Of a DNA stretch of 64,000 nt, positions 1 through 9,059 are shown piece by piece. The stretch is from a virus: positions 96,001-160,000 of the IMG/VR virus record IMGVR_UViG_3300031519_006853, one strand, 5' to 3'. The notes under the pieces are model-generated. The model saw only the letters and a program-made list of their open reading frames with translations. It had not been told where the DNA came from and searched no databases. The position numbers and the translations under genes are program-made. Position 1 is the first letter of the stretch. The number at the start of each line of letters is the position of its first letter.

Positions 1-159
1 GTATGGATGGATTGGGCAAACAAGAATGCTAAGGAATGGAGTTATTTACATTCAACTGATGTTGCAAGAAAAGATTTTGGCAGAGCCTTAGCGGTAATGT
101 TAAAAACAGATGATCTTATTATTAAAAAATCAGGAAATAAATTAATAGACTTAAAATAA
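1..159 (+). CDS. 3' end of a hypothetical protein (truncated by the window start)
   Basis: Frame 1 is open from base 1 (VWMDWANKNAKEWSYLH...) to TAA at 157-159. Confidence 0.7.
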   Translation, partial: VWMDWANKNAKEWSYLHSTDVARKDFGRALAVMLKTDDLIIKKSGNKLIDLK

Positions 160-174
160 ATAAAAACAAAAACA

Positions 175-687
175 ATGAAAAAACTATTTACACTTTTATT
201 AGCAGCTACACTATTTGTTGCTTGTAATAATACTAAAAAATCAGAAGGAGACTTAAAGTCAGATTCTGTTACTTCATCTTTAAATGTTATTAATAAAACA
301 GATATGGATCTTTATGTTAACTGTTCATTCTGTGTTGATGTAGTAAATGATACCACTTTAGTAAAATCTAATTCATCTTACTTATTACAATCGAATAATC
401 ATAAAGCTGATGGTACTATTTTTACAATCGGTATACACGGACCTAAAGATGGTTGTGATAGCTTAGCTGTAAATCCTTCAGGGTGGGGTGGTCAACTTCC
501 AGTAGGATATGGTTATTGGGAAGGTTCTGCTCATGTTACAACTCAACCTGAACAGGGTAATGCAAACCCAACAGCAAAAGTACCTGACTATGATGGAAAT
601 TGGATATTTGAATATTCATTTAAAGATGGAAGCCATAATGCACAAGTATTTGATGAGGTAACTATTACTACTAAATGTACTAAATAA
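175..687 (+). CDS. Putative lipoprotein
   Basis: Signal peptide MKKLFTLLLAATLFVA followed by Cys17 (lipobox-like). Confidence 0.7.
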   Translation: MKKLFTLLLAATLFVACNNTKKSEGDLKSDSVTSSLNVINKTDMDLYVNCSFCVDVVNDTTLVKSNSSYLLQSNNHKADGTIFTIGIHGPKDGCDSLAVNPSGWGGQLPVGYGYWEGSAHVTTQPEQGNANPTAKVPDYDGNWIFEYSFKDGSHNAQVFDEVTITTKCTK

Positions 688-689
688 CT

Positions 690-1259
690 ATGAAAAACAT
701 ACCTTCATTTAAAGAATTTAATAATCAACAACTTGTAAAAGAATCATATGATCTTTTAGAAGGTAGTGTAAGCTATGAAGATCTTAACGATATTTTAAAT
801 GAAGGTCTGTTTTCATTTATAAAAGGTATCTTTATTAACCCAGGGCAAAAAAGAAAGCTAAGAAAATTAGGAGATCAATTATTTAAAATAAAAGTTCAGA
901 TTCAAAAATTAGATATAGAGCAAAACGATATTGACAAAGCAGAAGAAGAGCTTAAATCTAAAGATTCTAATTATACGGCAGATCCTGTATTATCGGTAGC
1001 AGTAAATGCAGAAGAAAAGAAAAAGCAAGCCTTACAAAATAAGGAAGGTATTATTATAGATCAAATGGATGCTATAGCTGGTGATAATCAAACTTTAACT
1101 AAATATGTTAATAAAGTTAAATTAGAAGTTAGGATGAAAGCTAATGAAGCTACTATTAAAATAGCTGATGATGAAATGGGAAGAATTCTAAAAAAGATAC
1201 AAACAAAAGATGCTAAAGAAATTCAAAAACTGGATAAAGACTTGGGTAAAGCTGCATAA
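690..1259 (+). CDS. Coiled-coil protein, putative internal head protein
   Basis: N-terminus MKNIPSFKEFNNQQLVKES resembles the T4 capsid-targeting sequence; the rest is Lys/Glu-rich and helical. Confidence 0.5.
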   Translation: MKNIPSFKEFNNQQLVKESYDLLEGSVSYEDLNDILNEGLFSFIKGIFINPGQKRKLRKLGDQLFKIKVQIQKLDIEQNDIDKAEEELKSKDSNYTADPVLSVAVNAEEKKKQALQNKEGIIIDQMDAIAGDNQTLTKYVNKVKLEVRMKANEATIKIADDEMGRILKKIQTKDAKEIQKLDKDLGKAA

Positions 1260-1301
1260 AGAAGATCCTTATGATAATTGGTATCCTGATAGATAATGTA
1301 T

Positions 1302-1333
1302 AAAAGCTGGCTAACGCTGGCTTTTGTAGTTTT
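1302..1333 (+). terminator. Rho-independent terminator
   Basis: Stem AAAAGCTGGC-TAAC-GCTGGCTTTT (two G-U pairs) followed by T-rich sequence. Confidence 0.6.
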
Positions 1334-1372
1334 TGGTAACAATTAATTAACAATTAATTAATATACAAAGGA

Positions 1373-1401
1373 TAAACTTTTAGTTATTTTCTCTATAAAT
1401 A
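1373..1401 (+). promoter_or_regulatory. Putative promoter: TAAAC-N16-TATAA, overlapping TATAAATA
   Basis: AAAC at 1374-1377, TATAAATA at 1394-1401, just upstream of ATG 1406. Confidence 0.4.
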
Positions 1402-1405
1402 TTAT

Positions 1406-1486
1406 ATGGAAACAACAACTAAGATTGATATCTCACCGGTACTTTATATAGCTTTAATGATTATAGTGTTTATACTTGGTCTTTAG
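1406..1486 (+). CDS. 26-aa membrane peptide
   Basis: METTTKIDISPVLYIALMIIVFILGL*, downstream of a promoter motif. Confidence 0.4.
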   Translation: METTTKIDISPVLYIALMIIVFILGL

Positions 1487-1625
1487 TATAACTCTCTTCT
1501 AGATGGGAGATATCTAAATACATATATACATATGTCTAAATCATTATATGATGCTAGCCCCTCTCTATCTTCTTTATAGATTGTTTTAAAGCCACCTCTG
1601 TCTGTTAACTAATAAAATTATGTGT

Positions 1626-1652
1626 AAAACAAATTTCATTTCTTACATATAA
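1626..1652 (+). promoter_or_regulatory. Putative promoter AAAC-N17-TATAA
   Basis: Recurrent motif, 20 nt upstream of ATG 1672. Confidence 0.45.
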
Positions 1653-1671
1653 TAATAAATTAGTTTTTATT

Positions 1672-2151
1672 ATGGACCAAAATAAAGGAAAGATTGGATT
1701 TACTGCTGGTAACTTTGATATAGTTCACCCAGGTTACATCTATACATTTGAATCAGCAAAAAAAGAATGCGATTATTTTATGGTGTTTTTACACGCTGAT
1801 CCTTCAGAAACAAGAAATACTAAATATAAACCAGTAATACCATTACATGAAAGATATAAGACTCTAATGGCATTAAGAGATGTTGATGAAGTAGTTACTT
1901 ATGAATCAGAAGAAGACTTATTACATCTTATTGAATTTTTTAAACCTGATGTTAGAATTTTAGGTGATGATTATATTGGTAAGAGATTCACAGGAGATCA
2001 TTTACCTATTGAAGTAGTTTATACGACAAGAAGTCATGGTTGGTCAACAACTAAATTAAAGAACATGATTACAAGAATGACTATAAAACAAAATCCTAGT
2101 GTTATTCATGATGATGATTTAAACGATGTTGCTAATTTAGGTAGAGATTAA
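1672..2151 (+). CDS. Cytidylyl/adenylyltransferase (TagD/RfaE-like)
   Basis: FTAGNFDIVHPGY (HxGH-like), ERYKTLMALRDVDEV, KPDVRILGDDY, STT motifs. Confidence 0.85.
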   Translation: MDQNKGKIGFTAGNFDIVHPGYIYTFESAKKECDYFMVFLHADPSETRNTKYKPVIPLHERYKTLMALRDVDEVVTYESEEDLLHLIEFFKPDVRILGDDYIGKRFTGDHLPIEVVYTTRSHGWSTTKLKNMITRMTIKQNPSVIHDDDLNDVANLGRD

Positions 2152-2154
2152 GAT

Positions 2155-3099
2155 ATGAGAATAATTGTAACAGGAGGATATGGATTTATTGGATCAGCAT
2201 TTGTAAATTATGTTAGATCAAAGCATCTTGGTGAAGATACTGAAATATTAGTTGTAGATAAATTAACTTATGCAGCAGATGCAAGTAATGTTAATGTACC
2301 TAATATAGATTTTCTTCATAGAGATATCTGCGATGTAACAGCAGAAGAATTAGGAGAGTATGATTATTTAGTACACTTTGCTGCTGAGAGTCATGTAGAT
2401 AATTCTATAACAAATGGCAAACCTTTTATTAGAACAAATGTTGAAGGAACTTTTAATCTTTTAGAATGCGCAAGGCAAAACAAAAGCTTAAAGAAATTTA
2501 TTCATATTTCAACTGATGAGGTTTATGGAGATATGGATGATCCTAAATATAATTCAATTATAGGTATTAAGAAAAAGGCAGATGAAAAGGATTCCTTAGA
2601 AGGTTCTTCTTATTACTCTGCAACGAAAGCTTCATCAGACTTATTAGTCTTAGCTGCTAATAGAACTTTTGGATTACCTTACATAATTACTAGGACTTGT
2701 AATAATTATGGATCACACCAACATAAAGAAAAGTTTTTACCAACTATCATTAGATCAATTAAAGAAGGTAAAGAAATTCCAGTTTATGGTGATGGTAAAA
2801 ATGTTAGAGAATGGATTGATGTTAAAGATAATGTACAACAATTATATAGTTTAATGCTATCAGATTTAACAAATGAAATATTTAATATAGGAACAGGTGA
2901 AACTTATACTAATTTAGATATTGTTGGAATGATTGGGGCCATTATGAAAAAACCTGTAAAATTTAAATTTGTAAAAGATAGGCTAGGTCATGATAAAAGG
3001 TACGCATTAAATTCTAATAAATTAAATCAATACGGTTTTGTTGATGAATACAAAACGTTAAGCAACTTCTTAAAAGAAGAAATTAAAAAATTAAACTAA
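2155..3099 (+). CDS. rmlB: dTDP-glucose 4,6-dehydratase
   Basis: TGGYGFIGS, DKLTYA, HFAAESHVDNSI, HISTDEVYG, YSATK, TRTCNNYG, DRLGHDKRYA. Confidence 0.93.
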   Translation: MRIIVTGGYGFIGSAFVNYVRSKHLGEDTEILVVDKLTYAADASNVNVPNIDFLHRDICDVTAEELGEYDYLVHFAAESHVDNSITNGKPFIRTNVEGTFNLLECARQNKSLKKFIHISTDEVYGDMDDPKYNSIIGIKKKADEKDSLEGSSYYSATKASSDLLVLAANRTFGLPYIITRTCNNYGSHQHKEKFLPTIIRSIKEGKEIPVYGDGKNVREWIDVKDNVQQLYSLMLSDLTNEIFNIGTGETYTNLDIVGMIGAIMKKPVKFKFVKDRLGHDKRYALNSNKLNQYGFVDEYKTLSNFLKEEIKKLN

Positions 3100-3365
3100 T
3101 GGATGAATATTTAGATCAAGCAATTTATAACTCTTACCAAATATTAACTGGATGGATGACAATGGATCAGGTTATAGAGCATTTAGAAATAAGAGGCAAG
3201 GAAGTAGCAGATCCTGAAGATGTATCCATAATACCAGTTTTCTTTATTCCGCCTGGTGAAGAAGCTGACAGTGAACAAATAGACACAATGATATCGCATT
3301 TTGAAGATATGGAATGTTATGAAGAATGCGGTGAATTATTAAAATTAAAAAACAAACAAAAATGA
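3099..3365 (+). CDS. Small protein with C-terminal UVR-like motif
   Basis: FEDMECYEECGELLKL resembles the UvrB/UvrC (UVR) hairpin. Confidence 0.5.
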   Translation: MDEYLDQAIYNSYQILTGWMTMDQVIEHLEIRGKEVADPEDVSIIPVFFIPPGEEADSEQIDTMISHFEDMECYEECGELLKLKNKQK

Positions 3366-3481
3366 AAACAAAGAAACAAGAAATGAAAAATTTCCTATTA
3401 AATCATAAAGGAAATAAGTACAAAGCAAATAACATAGTAAGCTTACTATGGAAATTAGCAACAGGGAAAAAAAGTAAATAA
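3362..3481 (+). CDS. Small basic hypothetical protein
   Basis: 39-aa ORF that fills the gap; ATGA-type overlap with the upstream stop. Confidence 0.4.
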   Translation: MKTKKQEMKNFLLNHKGNKYKANNIVSLLWKLATGKKSK

Positions 3482-3483
3482 GA

Positions 3484-3645
3484 ATGAACATTTGGATTTT
3501 AACAGGAATAATTATATTTGTAGCTGTATGGGTTTGGATTGGTTATGAGCTTATCAATGCTCCTTTAATGCCAGATGATTTTGAATTAAAAGAAGAAGAC
3601 ATTTGGCCATTAGATGAAAGGCCTGAACTTAATGAAGAAGAATAA
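3484..3645 (+). CDS. Small membrane protein
   Basis: MNIWILTGIIIFVAVWVWIGYELINAP followed by an acidic tail. Confidence 0.55.
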   Translation: MNIWILTGIIIFVAVWVWIGYELINAPLMPDDFELKEEDIWPLDERPELNEEE

Positions 3646-3651
3646 ATTTAT

Positions 3652-4920
3652 ATGAAATACGATTTTATAGAAATAGGAACTAGTGATTTTGATACTCTAT
3701 TAGAAACTACTACCAATAAAATTGGTATTTCTATAGAACCTTTAAAATATTATTTAGATAGTTTACCTAATAATGATAAAGTAATTAAAGTTAATTGTGC
3801 TATTAGTGATTCTAATTTTGAAACTGATATTTTTTGGGTTTCTCCTAGTGATATAGAAAAATATAATTTACCAAATTGGTTAAGAGGATGTAATTCTATT
3901 ATATCTTCTCATCCTTCTGTTGTAAAAATCCTTGAAAACACTAATCTCTTAGAAATATATAAAACTTCTAAATGCAAGTGTATTACTTGGTCAACATTAA
4001 TTTCTATATACGATATAACCTCAGTAGATTTATTAAAAATAGATACTGAAGGTCATGATTGTAAAATAATTCAAAACATTTTAATATCCAATGCAATACT
4101 TCCTAATGAAATATTATTTGAACATAATGTTTTAACTAGTGAAAGTGAATTTAAAGATACTATGGATTTATTAAATAAAAAAGGATATTATGAAGTTGAA
4201 AGAGGAGTTGATACTATTAAAGTCAAAAAAATGAAAGTATTAATTTTAGGTGATGGCCTTTTAGGTAATGAAATAAAGAAGCAAACCCAATGGGATTCTA
4301 TTAGTAGAAAAACTCATACATTTGACTTTTGTGATATTACTTCAGTTTATAAGTACTTAAAAGATTATGATGTAATATTAAATTGCATTGCTAACACAGA
4401 TACTTATTCAGATAATAAAGAAGATCACTGGGGAGTAAATTATAAAGCAGTTAGCAGATTGACAGATTGGTGCAGTGAAAATAATAAAAAGCTTGTTCAT
4501 ATTTCCACAGATTTTGTTTATGCAAACTCTACAGGATCTGCTAGTGAAGATAATGTTCCTGTTCATGCTAATAATTGGTATTCATATACAAAACTTTTAG
4601 CAGACGGTTATATTGAACTTAAAGGTAAAGATTACTTAATTATAAGAACATCATTTAAACCTAAACCTTTTCCTTATGATACAGCATTTATAGATCTTAT
4701 AGGAAACTGTGATTATGTTGATGTAATTGCATCAGGGATTATAAATTTAATTAATAAAAAAGCAACAGGGTTATATAATGTTGGTACTGAAATGAAAAGT
4801 ATATATGATTTGGCAAAGGAAACTAAACCAGATGTAAAGAGTGGCTTATCTAGAGGATGGATGCCACAAGATACAAGAATGAACTGTAATAAATTTAAAA
4901 ATGCCAACAAAGAAAATTAG
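3652..4920 (+). CDS. FkbM-family methyltransferase fused to an RmlD-like NDP-sugar reductase
   Basis: FIEIGTSDFD, SIEP and LLKIDTEGHD (FkbM); then MKVLILGDGLLG, HISTDFVY and YSYTK (SDR YxxxK) from internal ATG 4231. Confidence 0.8.
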   Translation: MKYDFIEIGTSDFDTLLETTTNKIGISIEPLKYYLDSLPNNDKVIKVNCAISDSNFETDIFWVSPSDIEKYNLPNWLRGCNSIISSHPSVVKILENTNLLEIYKTSKCKCITWSTLISIYDITSVDLLKIDTEGHDCKIIQNILISNAILPNEILFEHNVLTSESEFKDTMDLLNKKGYYEVERGVDTIKVKKMKVLILGDGLLGNEIKKQTQWDSISRKTHTFDFCDITSVYKYLKDYDVILNCIANTDTYSDNKEDHWGVNYKAVSRLTDWCSENNKKLVHISTDFVYANSTGSASEDNVPVHANNWYSYTKLLADGYIELKGKDYLIIRTSFKPKPFPYDTAFIDLIGNCDYVDVIASGIINLINKKATGLYNVGTEMKSIYDLAKETKPDVKSGLSRGWMPQDTRMNCNKFKNANKEN

Positions 4921-5215
4921 ACAAGAACTTAAAGAAGCAAATCCAAAAGAAGTAAGCTATGCAGTATTTGAAAACTTCTTCTTTGGTTTAAGTGGAGCAA
5001 TGATAGTTCCGTTTATTGCTTTAAGAATGGATATAGCAGTGCTCATAGGTTATATGGTACATTACTTTTATATAAGTAAAGTTATTAATAGACCAAAGTA
5101 CACAACAAGTTTAGCCAAGTTTATTTTATTTCCTATTCCTACGGCGTTAGGTGCATTTATAGGATATAAGATAGCTTACTGGGTTTCACAATACCTAACA
5201 CAATACATACAATGA
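4901..5215 (+). CDS. Membrane protein
   Basis: Two to three hydrophobic segments. Confidence 0.6.
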   Translation: MPTKKIRQELKEANPKEVSYAVFENFFFGLSGAMIVPFIALRMDIAVLIGYMVHYFYISKVINRPKYTTSLAKFILFPIPTALGAFIGYKIAYWVSQYLTQYIQ

Positions 5216-6228
5216 CAAAAGAAGAACAAGATTTTACAATCGATGAAAGATATCAGGAGTTGCTTCAAACTATTTTAGATTTTGGAATAGAAAAGAAAGA
5301 TAGAACTGGGACTGGTACAAAATCAATATTTGGATATACAATAAGGCATGATATGACTCAAGGATTTCCTTTGTTAACTACAAAGAAGATAGCTTATAAG
5401 TCAATGATAACAGAATTAAGATGGTTCTTAAAGGGAGATACAAATATTAAGTACTTAGTTGATAATAACTGTAACATTTGGAATGGCGATGCTTATAAGA
5501 AATATCATCAAGCATTTCCTAAAACCGAAATGTTATCCCAAGAACAATTCATTAACTTGATTAAAACAAATGATGAGTTTGCAGATAAGTGGGGTGACCT
5601 AGGCCCAATCTATGGAAAGCAATGGAGAAGATGGGATGCAGAGAGTGGTGAGGCATACAAAGATCAGATGAAGGATTTACTTAATGATATTAAAACTAAT
5701 CCTGATTCACGTAGGTTAATGGTATCAGCATGGAATCCTGGTGAATTATATAAGATGACTTTACCACCTTGTCATTATGGATTTCAAATTTATACAACTG
5801 AATTAACTCTAAAGGAGAGACAAGAAGAATTTTGTCATAGGTTAGGTAAAGATATTAGTTTTGCAAAAAACCTAGAGCATTTAGATTTAGATAAAGATAA
5901 TGTTCCTAAAAGAAAAATATCATTAATGTGGAATCAAAGATCCGTTGATGTATTTTTAGGGTTGCCCTTTAATATTGCAAGTTATGCATTGCTTCTTGCG
6001 TTAATAGGAAGAGAAGTAAATATGGTACCTGATCAATTAATTGGTAATTTAGGAGATACTCATTTATACCTTAATCATTTAGAACAAGCAAAAGAACAAC
6101 TTAAAAGAGAACCTATAATGTTACCTGAGATTGATTTATTAAATGTAGATATTTTGAATGGAGAGTTTGGATATGCTCTTATAGGTTATGAAAGTCATCC
6201 AAGTATTAAAGCACAATTAAGTAATTAA
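5212..6228 (+). CDS. thyA: Thymidylate synthase
   Basis: DRTGTGT, FPLLTTKK, GPIYGKQWR, LPPCH active site, QRSVD, GLPFNIASY, GDTHLYLNH. Confidence 0.97.
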   Translation: MTKEEQDFTIDERYQELLQTILDFGIEKKDRTGTGTKSIFGYTIRHDMTQGFPLLTTKKIAYKSMITELRWFLKGDTNIKYLVDNNCNIWNGDAYKKYHQAFPKTEMLSQEQFINLIKTNDEFADKWGDLGPIYGKQWRRWDAESGEAYKDQMKDLLNDIKTNPDSRRLMVSAWNPGELYKMTLPPCHYGFQIYTTELTLKERQEEFCHRLGKDISFAKNLEHLDLDKDNVPKRKISLMWNQRSVDVFLGLPFNIASYALLLALIGREVNMVPDQLIGNLGDTHLYLNHLEQAKEQLKREPIMLPEIDLLNVDILNGEFGYALIGYESHPSIKAQLSN

Positions 6229-6230
6229 GA

Positions 6231-6392
6231 ATGAAAAAGATAGCAATAATTGGTGGCCTTAGTTTAATGACAGCTGGGTCAACTTATATGATATGGCATC
6301 CAAAGACTGCCCAATTTAATTTAAATCCAAACACGTTAGCAATTGCAACTGGTGGATTTTTTGTAGGACTAGGTTTAACATATAGATTTTGA
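6231..6392 (+). CDS. Small membrane protein
   Basis: 53-aa ORF with two hydrophobic segments that fills the gap. Confidence 0.55.
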   Translation: MKKIAIIGGLSLMTAGSTYMIWHPKTAQFNLNPNTLAIATGGFFVGLGLTYRF

Positions 6393-6652
6393 AAGACAAG
6401 AAAAGAAATAGAATTATAGAGAGAGATAGGCAATTGACTACATGGGAACGTTTAGCTACAAGGATTGGTTATTTAGGAGCAGGGTTATTAATTGCAGGCC
6501 AATGGACATTGGAACCTGTATTATTTGTAATAGGATTTACTTGTGTTACTATACAAGTTACTGTTAGGAAGCAGTGGAATTTAGTTGTCCTACAATTAAA
6601 CGGATTAATTGCATGGACTGTCCATTTTATTAATAGCTTATCAACATCATGA
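6389..6652 (+). CDS. Small membrane protein
   Basis: Three hydrophobic segments. Confidence 0.6.
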   Translation: MKDKKRNRIIERDRQLTTWERLATRIGYLGAGLLIAGQWTLEPVLFVIGFTCVTIQVTVRKQWNLVVLQLNGLIAWTVHFINSLSTS

Positions 6653-6912
6653 AATTTAGAACAGGTAAATACGCAGGATTAACAATAGATCATGTTAGAC
6701 AAATAGCACCGTGGTATATTCAATGGGTTCGTGAAAATCGACCAGAGATGTTAAAGGAAAGAACAGCTAAACCTAAAGCAGTTAAGACTACTCAACCATA
6801 CAAACCGTATGCAGGTATTAAACCTAACTATGATTTTTTACCAGACAAACCTGCACCATATCTTGCATCACCCGAAGAAGCATTCGGTATGAACTTTCCA
6901 AAACCGTTATGA
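6649..6912 (+). CDS. Hypothetical protein with a GKYxG motif
   Basis: FRTGKYAG...PWYIQWV, a common small phage/Bacteroidota domain. Confidence 0.55.
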   Translation: MKFRTGKYAGLTIDHVRQIAPWYIQWVRENRPEMLKERTAKPKAVKTTQPYKPYAGIKPNYDFLPDKPAPYLASPEEAFGMNFPKPL

Positions 6913-7304
6913 AAAAGAAATATCCAGATGCTGTAGTTTATAATACTAAGACAGGTGAATTTGATGCAAAGATAAAACCTTATCCAACATCAGTGAGCGC
7001 ACCTAGCTTTAAACCTATTAAAGTAGATAAAGGTGATAGTATTAGAGCAAATAAATATTTTGAGTCTAGGATGGCTGAAATTAAAGAAGAGTATAAAAAA
7101 TTAGTAGATGAATATAATTGGACTAGTTTGGTATATGAATCAACATATAACTTTCAGCCTATTATAGGAGAATGTTATTATTTGTATCAAAACAAAGACA
7201 AGAATTTATTTCTAAGCTTGATTGCACCTAATGAGTGGAATATGGAATACTTAGGAACATTTAAATTACTTACAAATGGTAAATGGGAAAAATTAAACAG
7301 CTAA
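6909..7304 (+). CDS. DUF2452-like protein
   Basis: FQPIIGECYYLY...LSLIAPNEW...GTFKL pattern recalled from the Bacteroidota DUF2452 family. Confidence 0.5.
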   Translation: MKKKYPDAVVYNTKTGEFDAKIKPYPTSVSAPSFKPIKVDKGDSIRANKYFESRMAEIKEEYKKLVDEYNWTSLVYESTYNFQPIIGECYYLYQNKDKNLFLSLIAPNEWNMEYLGTFKLLTNGKWEKLNS

Positions 7305-7315
7305 ACAAAGAAAAG

Positions 7316-7993
7316 ATGGGGGTAAATCAGAAAAAAGAAATTATTAACCACTTAATTAAAACTAATAATTTTACAAAATATTTAGAAATTGGGGTATACA
7401 TCCCCAGTGATAACTTTGACTTAATTAATGTCACAACCAAACATTCAGTTGATCCATGTGTTGAATTTGAAACTGATAATGTAGATTATAAATATACATC
7501 AGATGATTTCTTCTCTTATTTAGAAAATGATAAATTAGAATTACCTTCTGATTATAAATGGGATGTTATATTCATAGATGGGTTACACATTTCTACACAA
7601 GTAGATAGAGATTTTAATAATGCATTTAATCATTTATCAGAAAATGGATTTATTTTAATTCATGATGCTAATCCTCCTACATTATGGCATGCTAGGGAAG
7701 ATTATCTTGTTGATGGTGTACAAGCCCCTTGGAATGGTACAGTTTGGAAAGCTATATACAAACTTAATGCACTAAGATCTGATTTAGTAGTTCATACTGT
7801 TGGGGGCGAAGGGGCAGAAGGTTATATTAAAGGTGTTGGTGATTGTGATTGGGGTTTATCTGTAATTCATAGAGGAGAACAGGAATGTTGTGAATTTAAC
7901 AATCCTTTTTATGAATATAGAAAATTTGAAGAAAATAGAAAAAGTCATTTGAATACAATTAATATAGAACAATTTTATCAAATGTACCCATAA
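7316..7993 (+). CDS. Class I SAM-dependent methyltransferase (Methyltransf_24-like)
   Basis: YLEIGV, SVDP, DVIFIDGLH, GFILIHD, WNGTVWK; ATG 7316 preferred over 7283. Confidence 0.8.
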   Translation: MGVNQKKEIINHLIKTNNFTKYLEIGVYIPSDNFDLINVTTKHSVDPCVEFETDNVDYKYTSDDFFSYLENDKLELPSDYKWDVIFIDGLHISTQVDRDFNNAFNHLSENGFILIHDANPPTLWHAREDYLVDGVQAPWNGTVWKAIYKLNALRSDLVVHTVGGEGAEGYIKGVGDCDWGLSVIHRGEQECCEFNNPFYEYRKFEENRKSHLNTINIEQFYQMYP

Positions 7994-9048
7994 TGAAATT
8001 ATTTTTAGCACTTTTAACCAACCACAGGGTTGATAAATTAAAAAGATTAATAAGGAGCGTACAACTCCAATACCCTGAAGAAACAATTGAAATCAATCCT
8101 GTTATTGTAGTGAATACACTTACTGATAGTTACTACCAAGAAGTATTAGAAGCTAATTTGCCATTTAAGGTAATTAGAACTGAAAGTAATGGTAAACCTG
8201 GAAAGGGTAAGAACTCATGCTTGGATCTTTTTCTAGAAAGTGATTGTGATTTCATTACACAAATCGATGGTGATGATTTCCTATACCCCACGTTTCTAAA
8301 TTCTATTGCAAACCATGTTAATCATTACCCAAATATAGATGTGCTAGGTAGAATACCCTTGGATTATATAGCAAAACATAAACCAACTGGAGGTTATACG
8401 TTTATGGCAGATGAAGAAACATATGCTTCTGTTTGGGGGATCTCTATATGCAATTTTGGAGAAAGATATCCTTCCAGAGGAAATTGGCTAGATGAAGGAT
8501 TTCCAGCTCTTGGTACAAGACTTATGCTACAAAGTAGAAAGAGTGCTGAGGTTAAGATGCATGAAGATATCGGAGTTAGAGAAGATCATGTTTATTGTAT
8601 GCAGCTCTTATCAGAACACATTAAAGGAAACCTCGGATTCTATTTAAGCACCTCAAGTGATTTTTCAATAATAGATAAAAGTTTAGAAGACAATATACAG
8701 TCTAAGTTTCAAGAAGACGATGAGTTAGTAGAGCTTTTAAGAAATAAGATGCTTTCGTATGTTTCAGAAAACCGTTCCAGTCTTACTGAGCTGCCCTTAA
8801 TATTTAAAAGTCTTTTGATTAATCAATATGAAAAAGAAGAATTTGTAAAAAATATATACCAAGTGATGAAGCTACAAACCGAAGACTACGAACAACTATT
8901 AGATAGGATTAAAGTAATAAGTAATGTAATAGATAATAATCTTCAGCAACACCCAGTTGCTAAAATACATACTAACATTAAAGACCACATATCAGCAGCC
9001 GTTGATGAATTATATAAAGCAGCAGAGATAGTTAAGAAAAACTGTTAA
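7993..9048 (+). CDS. Glycosyltransferase family 2-like protein with C-terminal extension
   Basis: LKRLIRSV, NGKPGKGKN, TQIDGDDFL (DxD motif), REDH. Confidence 0.65.
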   Translation: MKLFLALLTNHRVDKLKRLIRSVQLQYPEETIEINPVIVVNTLTDSYYQEVLEANLPFKVIRTESNGKPGKGKNSCLDLFLESDCDFITQIDGDDFLYPTFLNSIANHVNHYPNIDVLGRIPLDYIAKHKPTGGYTFMADEETYASVWGISICNFGERYPSRGNWLDEGFPALGTRLMLQSRKSAEVKMHEDIGVREDHVYCMQLLSEHIKGNLGFYLSTSSDFSIIDKSLEDNIQSKFQEDDELVELLRNKMLSYVSENRSSLTELPLIFKSLLINQYEKEEFVKNIYQVMKLQTEDYEQLLDRIKVISNVIDNNLQQHPVAKIHTNIKDHISAAVDELYKAAEIVKKNC

Positions 9049-9059
9049 AAACTGTTAAA

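Noticed and set aside
1484-1609. 41-codon minus-strand open frame (LTDRGGFKTIYKEDREG...)
   Set aside because: No start codon (TAG immediately upstream); at most a gene remnant, and not supportable
5790-5920. Extra segment inside thymidylate synthase
   Set aside because: In-frame insertion of a kind seen in other ThyA sequences; no splice or intein signatures
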